This document shows, one piece after another, positions 46,885 through 57,293 of a stretch of DNA of 64,000 bases. Under the pieces are notes generated by a model, which was given only the letters and a program-made list of their open reading frames with translations, searched no databases and had not been told where the DNA came from. Both the position numbers and the translations under genes were made by a program. This stretch comes from Treponemataceae bacterium. GTDB taxonomy: Bacteria > Spirochaetota > Spirochaetia > Treponematales > Rectinemataceae. The first letter of the stretch is position 1. Each line of letters starts with the position of its first letter. The stretch lies in the NCBI GenBank assembly GCA_963667725.2, contig CAXXHO010000003.1, positions 896,001 to 960,000 on the forward strand, in the 5' to 3' direction.

Positions 46885-47193
46885 ATGGATTCTCTGAATG
46901 GCCTGGACAGATTGCTGGAGGCCGAAACAAAGGCCGCGGCGCTGATCCGGGACGCTGAAACGGAGGCTGGCCTCATTGTCGGCAAGGTCCGCGACGAGGC
47001 TCACTCCAGGGAAAAAGAAAGGCTCACGAAGCTTCATGCCGAGCAGGAGTCCGAACTGGCCTCCTTCAAGTCCGAAATCGCCGAAAAACTCAAGAACGAG
47101 CTCAATGAATACGAAAAAAGTCTCGTCGCGACTCAGAGAGACGAACGGTTATTCGCCACAACCTGCGGAAGGTTTATGTCCTCCGAGGTTTGA
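46885..47193 (+). CDS. V/A-type ATP synthase subunit G/H (peripheral stalk)
   Basis: Charged coiled coil 'LLEAETKAAALIRDAETEA'; first gene of the operon. Confidence 0.7.
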   Translation: MDSLNGLDRLLEAETKAAALIRDAETEAGLIVGKVRDEAHSREKERLTKLHAEQESELASFKSEIAEKLKNELNEYEKSLVATQRDERLFATTCGRFMSSEV

Positions 47194-47195
47194 GC

Positions 47196-48194
47196 ATGGC
47201 CGACTCCTTTGAAATAGCCTATCTCTACGCCAGGGTCTGCGGCGCCTTCTCATCCATGTACCTGGGCGCGAAGGGCGCCGCCCTCGCCGCCGAATCCTCT
47301 CTCTCCTCGATCTGGAAACTGTATTTCGAGGAAGATATTCCCAACCAGCCTGAATCCAGGCTCCTCTCGACGCTGGAACGCAAGGTTATCGGGCATTCGA
47401 TGGAGCGTTTCATGACCCTCGCCGGTTCGGCCATGGAGTCGGACGAGTTCATCGCGGCCATCGTCGCCAAGTATGAGATTTCCGTCATCAAGAATCTTCT
47501 CTACAGACTCGCCGCGTCGGAACCGAAGCCGGAATCGCCGTTCTTTTCAAGTCCGACCATAGAAAAGGCGCTTTCGGCCTGGCCCAGGCTGGAAGAGATG
47601 TTCGCGGACTCCCCCTACGCGTGGATAGAGGCGGCTGGCCTTGCCGATATCGGGGCCGCCGAAAACCGCTTGGACAGGCAGTATTACCGGCAGTTATGGG
47701 CCGCGGTTTCGGCGCTTCCAAGGAACAGAAAGGGCAATATTCCCGCTCTTGTGCTGAGGGATATCCAGTACCAGAACCTCGCCTGGGCTCTTCGGGTTCG
47801 CAAATACTATGGTTACGGCCGGGAGAGTACGGCGCCGCTTCTCGTGGAGATCGAGGGCGAAGACGCGGTTTCCCTCGCTCTCGACAGCTTCGATCTGGAT
47901 ATCGACAACCTGGGAAGCTTCGACGCATGGCCTGCTAGAAAGCTTCTTGAGGGACAGACTTCGTCCCGTCTCGATCTTCCCCTGCTCGAGAACAGGATGC
48001 AGAGGGATCTTTTCGCTTTCATTCGACGTTCCATGCATATGTATCCATTCGGCTATACGCCGCTCTACTGCTATTTCAAGATGCTCGAGGCCGAGGCTTC
48101 CTTTGTCCTGGGCGTACTCGAAGGGATAAGGCTTAAAGCGCCGGCCGAAGAGAAAATCGGCCTGGCCTGGGCTCTCGCGGGAGATGAAATATGA
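47196..48194 (+). CDS. V/A-type ATP synthase subunit C (d)
   Basis: 'YLYARV', 'SPYAW', 'ENRLDRQYY' and 'NLAWALR...YY'; operon position. Confidence 0.8.
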   Translation: MADSFEIAYLYARVCGAFSSMYLGAKGAALAAESSLSSIWKLYFEEDIPNQPESRLLSTLERKVIGHSMERFMTLAGSAMESDEFIAAIVAKYEISVIKNLLYRLAASEPKPESPFFSSPTIEKALSAWPRLEEMFADSPYAWIEAAGLADIGAAENRLDRQYYRQLWAAVSALPRNRKGNIPALVLRDIQYQNLAWALRVRKYYGYGRESTAPLLVEIEGEDAVSLALDSFDLDIDNLGSFDAWPARKLLEGQTSSRLDLPLLENRMQRDLFAFIRRSMHMYPFGYTPLYCYFKMLEAEASFVLGVLEGIRLKAPAEEKIGLAWALAGDEI

Positions 48195-50182
48195 GTTCGA
48201 CGACGATGAGGAGGATGGAACTGCTCCTCCTCAAATCCGATATTGACGGCACGCTCAGGTACCTTTCCTCGGGGCATTCTTTCCAGATCATTTACCCGGA
48301 CGAGGATGGTTCTTCCCGGGCGAGGGGTGACTCGCGGGAGATCACCAGGCTGGATGCCGCGATGGCGAAGCTGGGCAAGATAGGCGCCTGTTTGGGCTAC
48401 CAGGAAGCGGGCCTGGATCTGGGAAAGGCCAAGCTTCCGGATGAAGCCCTCCTCGCTGAGGTGGACAGGCTCGCTTCGTTCTGCGGGGAAAACGAGGAAG
48501 CGGCCCTGGCCCAGAAGCTGAAGCTCGGCGAGCTCGAGGAATCGCTGCGCGAGGTGAAGGCTTTCGCGGGGCTTTCGCTGCCTTTCGAGGAGATCAACAA
48601 GCTCGCTTTCGTGGCCCTGCGCATAGGCAAGGTGGACCCGGACAGGATCCCCCTGCTCGCGGGCGCTCTCGACGCGAGGGCGGCGATAATTCCTCTCGAC
48701 GACGAGGGGTCGATCATTGCCGTCGCCTCGCGGCGGGGCCGTTTTACCCTCGAAACCGAGCTGGCCAAGGCGGGGTTCGTCAAGGCCGATCTGCCTCCCG
48801 ATTTCAAGGGTGTCCCGGCCAACGCCCTGGCCGCCATCGAAGCCTCCTACGAGGGGGCGAAAAAACGCCTCGCGGCGCTCGCCGAGATGAAGGAGGAGGA
48901 AGCCCGCCGATTCGCCGCCTCATGGGCGGAAATGCTCTCTTCGGTGAAGCTGGGCAAGGCGCTCAAGAAGGTGGAGAGCAGGCTGGAAGGCACCGAGTGG
49001 GTCTACAGGCTTTCGGGCTGGGTCCCCGCGCGGAACGTCAAGCCATTGAGCGACAATCTTTCGAGGCTGTTCGGCGACCGTATGGCCATACGCGTCTACA
49101 ATCCTGAGGACGAGGAGGGGAAGCTTCCGGAAGACAGTCAGGAAGTGCCCGTCCTCCTGAAGCACAACGGACTGGTGTCGGCTTTTCAGGGCATCGTCCT
49201 CTCTTACGGCACGCCGGTGTACGGCGACATCGATCCCACGCCCTTCGTGGCCTTCTTTTTTACCCTTCTCTTCGCGATCATGTTCGGCGACATGGGCCAG
49301 GGCGCCGTCATCATATGCGCCGGGCTTCTGATCAGGGGGGCGAAGAAGGGATTTTTCGCCGCTTACCAAAAATTCTGGCTGGCCTTCGTCGCGGCGGGGG
49401 CAGGTTCCATGTTCATGGGACTTCTCGTCGGCTCTGTCTTTTCTAACGAAGCGCTCCTCGTTCCCGTGGAACGTTTCCTCACCACCTTGTTCCTTGGCAG
49501 TCCTCGCGACCGTTTCCTCGACATCATGCCGAGCGACAATATCAGCGCGATGTTCAGCTTTTTCGGCTTCACGGTCGGCATCGGATTCCTCATCAACTCG
49601 ACCGGCCTTGTCATCAACATGATAAACCTCGCGCGAAGGGGAGAATGGGGCGAGGCCCTGTTCGCGAAGACGGGGCTTTCAGGCACCCTTCTGTTCTGGT
49701 GGGCCGCCGGCATGGGCCTGCGGATCATTCTCGGCGGAAAACTGGGATGGATCGATATTATCGGCCTGGGGATTCCCCTCGCGGCGCTGCTCTTCACCGA
49801 ACCGCTCCAGCGGGCCGTTATGAAAGCGGGCGGGGAAAAGCTCTCGGTCGTCGATGTCCTCGTGGGCGGCCTCGTGGAGATCATCGAGACCTTCTCCTAC
49901 TACGCCTCCAACACCATGAGTTTCCTCCGCGTGGCGGCCTTCGCGCTTGCCCACGCCGTGCTCTCCTTCGTCGTCTTCACGATGGCCGAGCTCGTTAGGA
50001 ACCGCGCGCCCGGAGGCATCGTGTTCCAGCTTGTCGTGTTCATCGTCGGCAACGCGGTCATCATAGGGCTCGAAGGCCTCATCGTCACCATACAGGTGAT
50101 CAGGCTCCAGTACTACGAATTTTTCTCCAAGTTTTTCACGCGGACGGGCAAAAGCTTCGATCCCATACGCTTCGAGAATTGA
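48191..50182 (+). CDS. ntpI: V/A-type ATP synthase subunit I (a)
   Basis: 'GWVP', 'IDPTP', 'MFGDMGQG', 'SNTMSFLRVAAFALAH' (essential Arg) and 'RLQYYEFF'. Confidence 0.95.
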   Translation: MSSTTMRRMELLLLKSDIDGTLRYLSSGHSFQIIYPDEDGSSRARGDSREITRLDAAMAKLGKIGACLGYQEAGLDLGKAKLPDEALLAEVDRLASFCGENEEAALAQKLKLGELEESLREVKAFAGLSLPFEEINKLAFVALRIGKVDPDRIPLLAGALDARAAIIPLDDEGSIIAVASRRGRFTLETELAKAGFVKADLPPDFKGVPANALAAIEASYEGAKKRLAALAEMKEEEARRFAASWAEMLSSVKLGKALKKVESRLEGTEWVYRLSGWVPARNVKPLSDNLSRLFGDRMAIRVYNPEDEEGKLPEDSQEVPVLLKHNGLVSAFQGIVLSYGTPVYGDIDPTPFVAFFFTLLFAIMFGDMGQGAVIICAGLLIRGAKKGFFAAYQKFWLAFVAAGAGSMFMGLLVGSVFSNEALLVPVERFLTTLFLGSPRDRFLDIMPSDNISAMFSFFGFTVGIGFLINSTGLVINMINLARRGEWGEALFAKTGLSGTLLFWWAAGMGLRIILGGKLGWIDIIGLGIPLAALLFTEPLQRAVMKAGGEKLSVVDVLVGGLVEIIETFSYYASNTMSFLRVAAFALAHAVLSFVVFTMAELVRNRAPGGIVFQLVVFIVGNAVIIGLEGLIVTIQVIRLQYYEFFSKFFTRTGKSFDPIRFEN

Positions 50183-50195
50183 AAAGGAGTTGTTC

Positions 50196-50504
50196 ATGAA
50201 GAAGAAAATCACGACAGCGGTCCTGGCCGCGGCGGGCAGCGCATCCGCTTTTGCCCAGACTCAAGGAGCGGCGACCGCCCCCGTATCGGCCTGGGCCGGC
50301 GGCATCAAGTATCTTGCCGCCGCCCTCGCCGTGAGCGTGGCGGCCGTAGCCGGCGGCATGGCTGTGGCCAAGATCGGATCGGCGGCGATGGGAGCCATGG
50401 CGGAAAAGCCCGAACTCTCCGGCAAAGCCCTTCCCTACGTTGGTCTCGCGGAAGGCATCTGCCTCTGGGGCTTCCTCGTGGCCCTCCTCATCCTCCTCCT
50501 CTAG
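50196..50504 (+). CDS. ntpK: V/A-type ATP synthase subunit K (c), single hairpin with an N-terminal signal-like peptide
   Basis: 'AMAEKPE' loop and 'GLAEGI' with the essential Glu. Confidence 0.92.
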   Translation: MKKKITTAVLAAAGSASAFAQTQGAATAPVSAWAGGIKYLAAALAVSVAAVAGGMAVAKIGSAAMGAMAEKPELSGKALPYVGLAEGICLWGFLVALLILLL

Positions 50505-50516
50505 GGAAGGGAATCC

Positions 50517-50831
50517 ATGAAGGAAATATTCGTCCTCGCCGAAGAAGAACTCGTCATCGCCTTCAGGATGATAGGCGTGGATGGGGCGGCTGTGGCTGGC
50601 GCCGATGACGCCCTCGCCACCTTCCGCCGCGTGACCGGCGCTTCGGGAGAATGCAGAATGCTCATCCTCGCCGAGGATATCGCCGACATGCTCGGGACGG
50701 AACTCATCGACTGGCAATTGTCGGGGCGCTATCCTCTCGTCGTGGAAATACCGCCCCTGTCGGGCTCCCAGCCCGATCATGTCCAGCTCGTCGACGCCGT
50801 CCGGCAGGCGATAGGCATCAAGATCCAATGA
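50517..50831 (+). CDS. ntpF: V/A-type ATP synthase subunit F
   Basis: 'AFRMIGVDG', 'PLVVEIP' and 'VRQAIGIKI'. Confidence 0.9.
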   Translation: MKEIFVLAEEELVIAFRMIGVDGAAVAGADDALATFRRVTGASGECRMLILAEDIADMLGTELIDWQLSGRYPLVVEIPPLSGSQPDHVQLVDAVRQAIGIKIQ

Positions 50832-50841
50832 GGGAAGAGCT

Positions 50842-51456
50842 ATGGAAGAGATAAAAGGCACCGAAGCGCTCGAACGCGAGATACTCGACGACGCCGCGAG
50901 GAAGGCCGAGAGGATTGTCCGGAAGGCCAAGGAAGAGGCCGAAAGGTTAAAGGCGAATTCGGCCGAGGCTCTGGATGGAATGGTCGCACAGCTCGAGGCG
51001 CGCAAGCTCGAGAAGATCGCCCAGATGAAGAGGGAGACCTTTTCGAAAATGCCCCTCGAGAAAACGAGGCTGAGGGCGCGCTTCATTGACAGCGCGATGA
51101 GGGCCTCGGTGGCCAAATTCATGGCCGCCCTCGACGACGCGAAGCTGGGCGCCTGGTGCCTATCCGAGCTCAGGAAGCGTTCCTCCCTCTTCGCGGGACG
51201 GAAACTGCGCATGAGCCACCGAGGCATCGACGCCTCTTCGCTGCGGGAGATAAGGGAGCTTCTTGGAACCGGCGCGGAGGTCTCGGCCTTGGCCGTGGCT
51301 GATGCCGGCGCGCCTCCACGCGGCATCGTGGTCGAAAGCCTGGACGGGACGATGGTCATGACGCTCGGCGAGAAGCAGCTTGAAGAAAGGCTTCTGGATG
51401 AGTACAGGGGAGAACTGGCTTCGGCATTGTTCCCCGCGACGGCCGAAAGAGGATAA
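50842..51456 (+). CDS. ntpE: V/A-type ATP synthase subunit E
   Basis: 'EILDDAARKAERIVRKA' coiled coil, then 'GIVVES..DG' and 'SALF'. Confidence 0.85.
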   Translation: MEEIKGTEALEREILDDAARKAERIVRKAKEEAERLKANSAEALDGMVAQLEARKLEKIAQMKRETFSKMPLEKTRLRARFIDSAMRASVAKFMAALDDAKLGAWCLSELRKRSSLFAGRKLRMSHRGIDASSLREIRELLGTGAEVSALAVADAGAPPRGIVVESLDGTMVMTLGEKQLEERLLDEYRGELASALFPATAERG

Positions 51457-53283
51457 ATGTCGATGAGAGCAGGGACAATAGCGAGAATTTCCGGACCGAT
51501 CGTCAAGGCCAGGGGCATGGCCTCGGCCGGGCTCTACGATGTGGTGAAGGTCGGCGCGGCCGGCCTTATCGGCGAGATCATCAGGCTCGAAGGCCAGGTC
51601 GCCACCATCCAGATCTACGAGGACAACACCATGATGAGGGTAGGGGAGCCCGTGGAATGCCAGGGCAAGCCTCTCTCCGTCCTCCTCGGCCCCGGACTTA
51701 TCGGGTCGATCTACGACGGCATACAGCGGCCGCTGCCCCTGCTGAAGGCTCTTTCAGGCCCCATGCTCCTGCCCGGCGTCGCGGGCGACGCCCTCGACGC
51801 GAAAAGAAAGTGGCGCTTCCAGCCGACCATGGCCGTCGGCGAACCCATCGGCCCCGGCATCGTCTATGGTACGGTGCAGGAGACGCCCTCAGTTCTCCAT
51901 AAGCTGGTGTTCGACGGGACGACGCCTCCAGGCACCGCCGCCTGGGTGGCCGCCGAGGGCGACTATGACATCTCGCAAGTCCTCGTGAAGTCCTCAATCG
52001 GGAACGAATACTCGGCCTCGTCGCGCTGGCCGGTCCGGAAGGCCCGCGCTTTCGCGCAGAAACTCGTACCTAACGAACCTCTCGTCACGGGCCTGCGCGT
52101 CATCGACGTGCTCTTTCCCGTGGCCAAGGGCGGATGTGCGGCCGTGCCCGGCGGCTTCGGCACCGGCAAGACGATGACGCAGCACGCGATCGCCAAATGG
52201 TGCGACGCCGACATCATCGTCTACATAGGCTGCGGCGAGCGCGGCAACGAGATGACCGATGTCCTCACCGAATTCCCCAGGCTCATCGACCCGAGGACGG
52301 GACGATCTCTCATGGAGAGGACCATTCTCATCGCCAACACCTCGAACATGCCCGTCGCCGCCCGCGAAGTCTCGATCTACACGGGCATCACCATCGCCGA
52401 GTACTACCGCGACATGGGGTACCAGGTGGCCGTCATGGCCGATTCGACATCCCGCTGGGCGGAAGCCCTGAGGGAACTCTCCGGGCGCCTCGAGGAAATG
52501 CCCGCCGAGGAGGGATTCCCCGCCTATCTTCCCACGAGGCTCGCCGAATTCTACGAACGCGGCGGCATGGTAACGACGTTGGAGGGGAGGAAAGGCTCCG
52601 TCACCATCATCGGGGCCGTTTCGCCTCCCGGCGGCGACTTCTCCGAGCCGGTGACCCAGCATACCAAGCGCTTTATACGCTGCTTCTGGGCCCTCGACCG
52701 CGACCTCGCGAACGCCCGCCATTATCCGGCCATTTCCTGGAACGACTCCTATTCCGAATACGCCGACGATCTCATGGCCTTCTGGGACGGCATCGACAGT
52801 TCCTGGAAGAAATTCAGGGCCAAGGCCATGGACATTCTGAAAAAAGAACGCAAGCTCGCCGAGATCGTGCGCCTCATAGGCCCGGATGCCCTTCCAGACG
52901 AGCAGCGCCTCATCCTCATGACGGCCGAGCTCCTGAAGACTGGATTCCTGCAGCAAAGCAGCTTCGATGCTGTCGACATGTACTGCGTCCCCGCGAGGCA
53001 GACGATGATACTCGAGTGCATTCTCACTTTCCACGAACTGGCGGAAAAAGCCATCCACGGAGGGATTCCCCTGCCCAAGATAGCCGCCATGCCCCTGCGT
53101 AACAGGTTGATGCGGCTGAAAAGCTCCATAACCAACGAACGTGTCGAGGAAGGACGGGGCGTCCTTCTGGAAATCCGACAAGCTTTCGCCGAATTGGGCG
53201 CGGGATTGGGGCTTGGCGCGGCGGCCGGGTTTGGCGCCGACGCCGCGGCCGGCGCCGGAAGCGACAGGACGGTAGCAGAATGA
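51457..53283 (+). CDS. ntpA: V/A-type ATP synthase subunit A (catalytic)
   Basis: [28 protein letters not shown] and [10 protein letters not shown]. Confidence 0.97.
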   Translation: MSMRAGTIARISGPIVKARGMASAGLYDVVKVGAAGLIGEIIRLEGQVATIQIYEDNTMMRVGEPVECQGKPLSVLLGPGLIGSIYDGIQRPLPLLKALSGPMLLPGVAGDALDAKRKWRFQPTMAVGEPIGPGIVYGTVQETPSVLHKLVFDGTTPPGTAAWVAAEGDYDISQVLVKSSIGNEYSASSRWPVRKARAFAQKLVPNEPLVTGLRVIDVLFPVAKGGCAAVPGGFGTGKTMTQHAIAKWCDADIIVYIGCGERGNEMTDVLTEFPRLIDPRTGRSLMERTILIANTSNMPVAAREVSIYTGITIAEYYRDMGYQVAVMADSTSRWAEALRELSGRLEEMPAEEGFPAYLPTRLAEFYERGGMVTTLEGRKGSVTIIGAVSPPGGDFSEPVTQHTKRFIRCFWALDRDLANARHYPAISWNDSYSEYADDLMAFWDGIDSSWKKFRAKAMDILKKERKLAEIVRLIGPDALPDEQRLILMTAELLKTGFLQQSSFDAVDMYCVPARQTMILECILTFHELAEKAIHGGIPLPKIAAMPLRNRLMRLKSSITNERVEEGRGVLLEIRQAFAELGAGLGLGAAAGFGADAAAGAGSDRTVAE

Positions 53284-54668
53284 GAGGAACAGAATACAAG
53301 GGCCTTACCAAGGCCGACGGCCCCATCGTCATCGCCGCGAGGACGGAGAACGTGGGTTTTTCCGAACTTGTGCGCATAAAGGACAGATACGGACAGCTGA
53401 GGATAGGCCGCGTCGTCGACATCTCGGAGCAGGCCGTGGCCATACAGCTTTTTTCCGACACTTCCGGCATATCGCTCGACGAGGCATGGGTCGAATACCT
53501 GGAAAAGCCCCTCGAGTTTCGCGTCGGCCCCGATATCGTGGGGCGCATCTTCAACGGTCTCGGCAAGCCCATGGACGGCTACCCGGAAATACCATCCTCC
53601 GACTTGCGCGACATAAATGGCCTTCCCATCAACCCCAGCGCTCGCGTCTACCCCAGGGACTTCATCCAGACGGGTATCTCGGCCATAGACGGGATGAACA
53701 CCCTGATCCGCGGCCAGAAGTTGCCCATTTTCTCGGGCAACGGTTTGCCCCATAACAGGCTTGCCGCCCAGATCATTAGGCAGGCCAAGGTGAGGGGAGG
53801 GGAGACCCAGTTCGCCGTCGTCTTCGCTGGTATGGGCATCAAATATGACGTCGCGCGCTACTTCATCGACGCCTTCGAGCAGTCGGGCGTCCTCTCGCGC
53901 GTCGTCATGTTCCTCTCCCTGGCGGACAGCCCCTCCATCGAGCGGCTCCTTACGCCCCGCAGCGCCTTGACCGCCGCCGAGTACCTCGCCTACGAAAAGA
54001 ACATGCACGTCCTCGTCGTGATGACGGACATGACCAATTACTGCGAGGCGCTTCGCGAAGTCTCGGCGGCGCGCAACGAGGTCCCCTCGCGGAAAGGCTA
54101 TCCAGGCTACCTCTATTCTGACCTGGCCTCGCTCTACGAGCGGGCGGGCCGCATCGAGGGATCTGAGGGCTCCATCACGCAGCTGCCCATCCTCTCCATG
54201 CCCAACGACGACATATCCCACCCCATACCCGACCTCACCGGCTACATCACCGAGGGCCAGATCGTCCTGGAGCGGGACCTCGCCCAGCGCGGCGTCTACC
54301 CGCCTATCGCCGGCCTGCCTTCGCTCTCGCGCCTCATGAAAGACGGCATCGGCGAGGGCATGACGAGGGAAGACCACCGGGACCTCTCTTCCCAGCTCTT
54401 TTCGGCCTATGCCTATGTGCGCTCGGTGCGCGACCTGGCCGCCATCATCGGCGAGGAGGAACTCTCGGCGCGCGACAAGGTCTATCTGGAATTCGGCGAA
54501 GCCTTCGAGACGAGATACCTCGCCCAGGGCGAATTCGAGGACAGGAGCATAGAGCAGACCCTCGACCTGGGCTGGTCCATCCTCTCCCTGCTGCCCAGGG
54601 AAGAGCTGGTGCGGATCCCCGAGAACCTGATCAGCAAGTATCTCCCCGAGCGCGGGAAGGGAAACTAA
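53280..54668 (+). CDS. ntpB: V/A-type ATP synthase subunit B
   Basis: '[15 protein letters not shown]', '[10 protein letters not shown]' and '[12 protein letters not shown]'. Confidence 0.97.
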   Translation: MRGTEYKGLTKADGPIVIAARTENVGFSELVRIKDRYGQLRIGRVVDISEQAVAIQLFSDTSGISLDEAWVEYLEKPLEFRVGPDIVGRIFNGLGKPMDGYPEIPSSDLRDINGLPINPSARVYPRDFIQTGISAIDGMNTLIRGQKLPIFSGNGLPHNRLAAQIIRQAKVRGGETQFAVVFAGMGIKYDVARYFIDAFEQSGVLSRVVMFLSLADSPSIERLLTPRSALTAAEYLAYEKNMHVLVVMTDMTNYCEALREVSAARNEVPSRKGYPGYLYSDLASLYERAGRIEGSEGSITQLPILSMPNDDISHPIPDLTGYITEGQIVLERDLAQRGVYPPIAGLPSLSRLMKDGIGEGMTREDHRDLSSQLFSAYAYVRSVRDLAAIIGEEELSARDKVYLEFGEAFETRYLAQGEFEDRSIEQTLDLGWSILSLLPREELVRIPENLISKYLPERGKGN

Positions 54669-54681
54669 AGGAGCGTCGATC

Positions 54682-55314
54682 ATGGCACAAGCCTATCCGG
54701 CCCCTACCAAAACCAACCTCATCAACGAAAAGCGCGGCCTCGGGCTCGCGCTCCAGGGCTACGATCTCCTCGAGAAGAAGCGCGAAATCCTCGTCATAGA
54801 GCTGCTCAAACGAATGGACGAACTCGGCCTCCTCGAGAAGGAAATCCAGGAACTGACCGAAAAATCCTATCGCCACCTGCGGAAGATGCTCCTCGTCGTC
54901 GGCCGGGAAAGAGCGCTCGCCCTCTCCTCAAAGCCGGTGCGCTCCATCAGTCTCAAGACGGGGAACGTGAACGTCAGCGGCATGAACCTGCCCACCCTCG
55001 TCGTCCGGGCGGGCGCCCCCGAACTCAACTATTCTTTCATAAATTCTTTTGCCGTAGGCGACGAAACCGTGATAGAGTTCAGCGAGCTGTTGCAGAAACT
55101 GGCCGCGGCCGCTGGCCTGCGGTCCATCGTCTGGCGGCTCGCCCGCGAGGTCAAGAAAACCCAGCGGCGCGTCAACGCCCTGGACAAGATGGTGATCCCC
55201 CGGTCGGGAGAAATCGTGAAATTCATAGAATCCACCTTGGACGAGCGGGATCGCGAATCCCTATTCGCCGTGAAGTTGCTCAAACAGCGGATGTCGGAGC
55301 AGGACGCCTTATGA
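54682..55314 (+). CDS. ntpD: V/A-type ATP synthase subunit D
   Basis: 'PTKTNL', 'GYDLLEKKRE' and 'KTQRRVNALD'. Confidence 0.95.
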   Translation: MAQAYPAPTKTNLINEKRGLGLALQGYDLLEKKREILVIELLKRMDELGLLEKEIQELTEKSYRHLRKMLLVVGRERALALSSKPVRSISLKTGNVNVSGMNLPTLVVRAGAPELNYSFINSFAVGDETVIEFSELLQKLAAAAGLRSIVWRLAREVKKTQRRVNALDKMVIPRSGEIVKFIESTLDERDRESLFAVKLLKQRMSEQDAL

Positions 55315-55793
55315 TACAGATATTCAGGACGATTCTCGTGGCGATAAACGGTTCGGAAGCCTCCATCGACGCGCTGAAATACGCGCTCGCCATGAAGAAG
55401 CAGTTCGGTTCGAAGCTCATCGCCTGTTATGTCGTCGATACGGCCACCATACGCCAACTCGCCCTTTCCCGGATATTCGTGCCCGACGAGAGCGAGGAAT
55501 ACGAGCGGAGCCTGGAGAATTCGGGCCGCCGCTATCTCAATTTCTGCGTGGAAATCGCCGCGAAAAAGCGCCTGACCGTGGAGACGCTTCTCGGGAAAGG
55601 CTCGGTTCCGGGCGAGATCATCAGGGCCTCGATCGAGAACGGCGCCGATTGCATCGTCATCGGCGGCCAGCCCTCCGAGATGCAGTCCAGGGACGCCGTG
55701 GCCGACGCGAACCGCGAAATTCTGCGGAACGCTCGCTGTCCTGTCGTGTTCATAAAGCCGGGCATGGGCGAAGAGCTCTACAGGGGCCTGTAA
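55311..55793 (+). CDS. Universal stress protein (UspA family)
   Basis: 'ILVAINGSEASIDALKYA', 'ADCIVIG' and 'ILRNARCPVV'. Confidence 0.9.
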   Translation: MIQIFRTILVAINGSEASIDALKYALAMKKQFGSKLIACYVVDTATIRQLALSRIFVPDESEEYERSLENSGRRYLNFCVEIAAKKRLTVETLLGKGSVPGEIIRASIENGADCIVIGGQPSEMQSRDAVADANREILRNARCPVVFIKPGMGEELYRGL

Positions 55794-55798
55794 ACGGA

Positions 55799-55827
55799 TT
55801 GTTACGATTCTTTTTCGTTGCTATAGT
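55799..55827 (+). promoter_or_regulatory. Sigma70-like promoter with extended -10
   Basis: TTGTTA-17 bp-TATAGT preceded by TGc. Confidence 0.55.
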
Positions 55828-55842
55828 AGCCGCGAGGAATAA

Positions 55843-56250
55843 ATGCGTATTGCTGTTGTCGCTATAAGCGAGAAAAAAACCGACAGACTCCTGAAGCTGG
55901 CCCGCGCGGCCTCGCGTGAATTCAGCCTGATGGGTCATGTCTCGGACTTTTTCGAGGCGGTGGATTATCGGCTATCCACATACGACTTCCTGGTGGTATG
56001 CTCGGAACCCAGCGGACTCGGAAGCGGCATAGGCAAAAAGCTAGGCGAGCAGCTTTCGAGCGGCGGGAATCTCGTGGGCAAACGAACCATGGCCCTTCTC
56101 GTCAAGTCCGGACTCCTTCCCCAAAAAGCGCTCGCGGTCATGATGACGTCTCTCGAGAAGGAAGGCATGATCGTCACGATGGGCAAAGTCGTCGCGAACG
56201 ATGGCGAATCGGTAGCGGCGGCGCGGGAAGCACCACTTTTACGGGGCTAG
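55843..56250 (+). CDS. Hypothetical protein, flavodoxin-like topology
   Basis: Alternating beta/alpha pattern ('MRIAVV', 'LSTYDFLVV', 'LVGKR'); no clear FMN phosphate loop. Confidence 0.55.
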   Translation: MRIAVVAISEKKTDRLLKLARAASREFSLMGHVSDFFEAVDYRLSTYDFLVVCSEPSGLGSGIGKKLGEQLSSGGNLVGKRTMALLVKSGLLPQKALAVMMTSLEKEGMIVTMGKVVANDGESVAAAREAPLLRG

Positions 56251-56254
56251 ATAC

Positions 56255-57133
56255 GTGGAAAATTACTACGATGTGCTTGGCGTCCCTCCCGACTCTGATC
56301 AGAGCGCCATAAAAAGCGCCTTCAGGAAAAAAGCGAAGAAGTATCATCCCGACACGAGCGCCTCCGAAAGACCCTCGAGCGGTCAAGAGGCCAGGGAGAA
56401 AATCGACTACGGCAAGACGGCCAAGGGTTCGGTGGCCTCGGTGCGCGAATCGGCCATGCGCCTCATCCTCGAAGCCTACAGGATTCTTTCGGACGGCGAA
56501 AAGCGGCGGGCTTACGACCGCAGCCTGAGGAGACAGAAGCTCGAACAGGGGGGATTCAACTACAGGGCTTTCCTGAAGGCCAGAACCCACGATCCCGAGA
56601 GTCAGGCCAAGCTCATCGTCTACGACCTTCTCCATAATTTCGACGACGAAGCCCTGGAAACCTACGAGCGCTCCAAATCCTTCGGCGATTTCAGGCTCGA
56701 GCGCTGGCTGGAAAGAGGCGACGCCATGGACGCCGAATACTGCCTGGCCGAGGAATACGAAAAGCGGGGGCGGCTTCTCAAAGCCTATGCCATCTACAAG
56801 CGGCTCATCGCCATGGAACACGAAAAAGCCTGGTTCCGTTACTACTACGATGTCGTCGCGCTGAAGTTCAGAACGCTGGTGCTGCAGAAAATGCCGGGAC
56901 GGATAGACGAGGACGACTATCTCGACAGGCTGGAAGAATCGATCGCCCTTGAGGTTGGGGTCAGGGATTCGGCGCAGTTCCTGAGGAAAAAAGCCGAAGT
57001 CCATCTGCGCCGCAAGGAATGGGGCGAGGCGCATCAAGCTCTCGAGCGGGCATCCCGCCTAGTGCCCAGGCTGCCGGGACTGAGCGCGGTTCGCAGGCGT
57101 CTCGCCGAAGCCGACGTCGATCCGCTCGCCTGA
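56255..57133 (+). CDS. J-domain (DnaJ class C) protein with a helical/TPR-like C-terminus
   Basis: 'NYYDVLGV', 'KYHPD' and 'EAYRILSD..KRRAYD'. Confidence 0.88.
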   Translation: MENYYDVLGVPPDSDQSAIKSAFRKKAKKYHPDTSASERPSSGQEAREKIDYGKTAKGSVASVRESAMRLILEAYRILSDGEKRRAYDRSLRRQKLEQGGFNYRAFLKARTHDPESQAKLIVYDLLHNFDDEALETYERSKSFGDFRLERWLERGDAMDAEYCLAEEYEKRGRLLKAYAIYKRLIAMEHEKAWFRYYYDVVALKFRTLVLQKMPGRIDEDDYLDRLEESIALEVGVRDSAQFLRKKAEVHLRRKEWGEAHQALERASRLVPRLPGLSAVRRRLAEADVDPLA

Positions 57134-57293
57134 GAGTATTTTCCGCGCCCGATTACGCGGCGGGCACATCGAAATGGCTCTGCTCTATTGAAATACCCTG
57201 GGTTTTGGTTTACCTTCTCCAATCGGGTTTGTTATAAACTGTGTAGGATTTCCGCCTAATAGGCTATGTATGAAGCAAGAGCGAGTATAAAAG

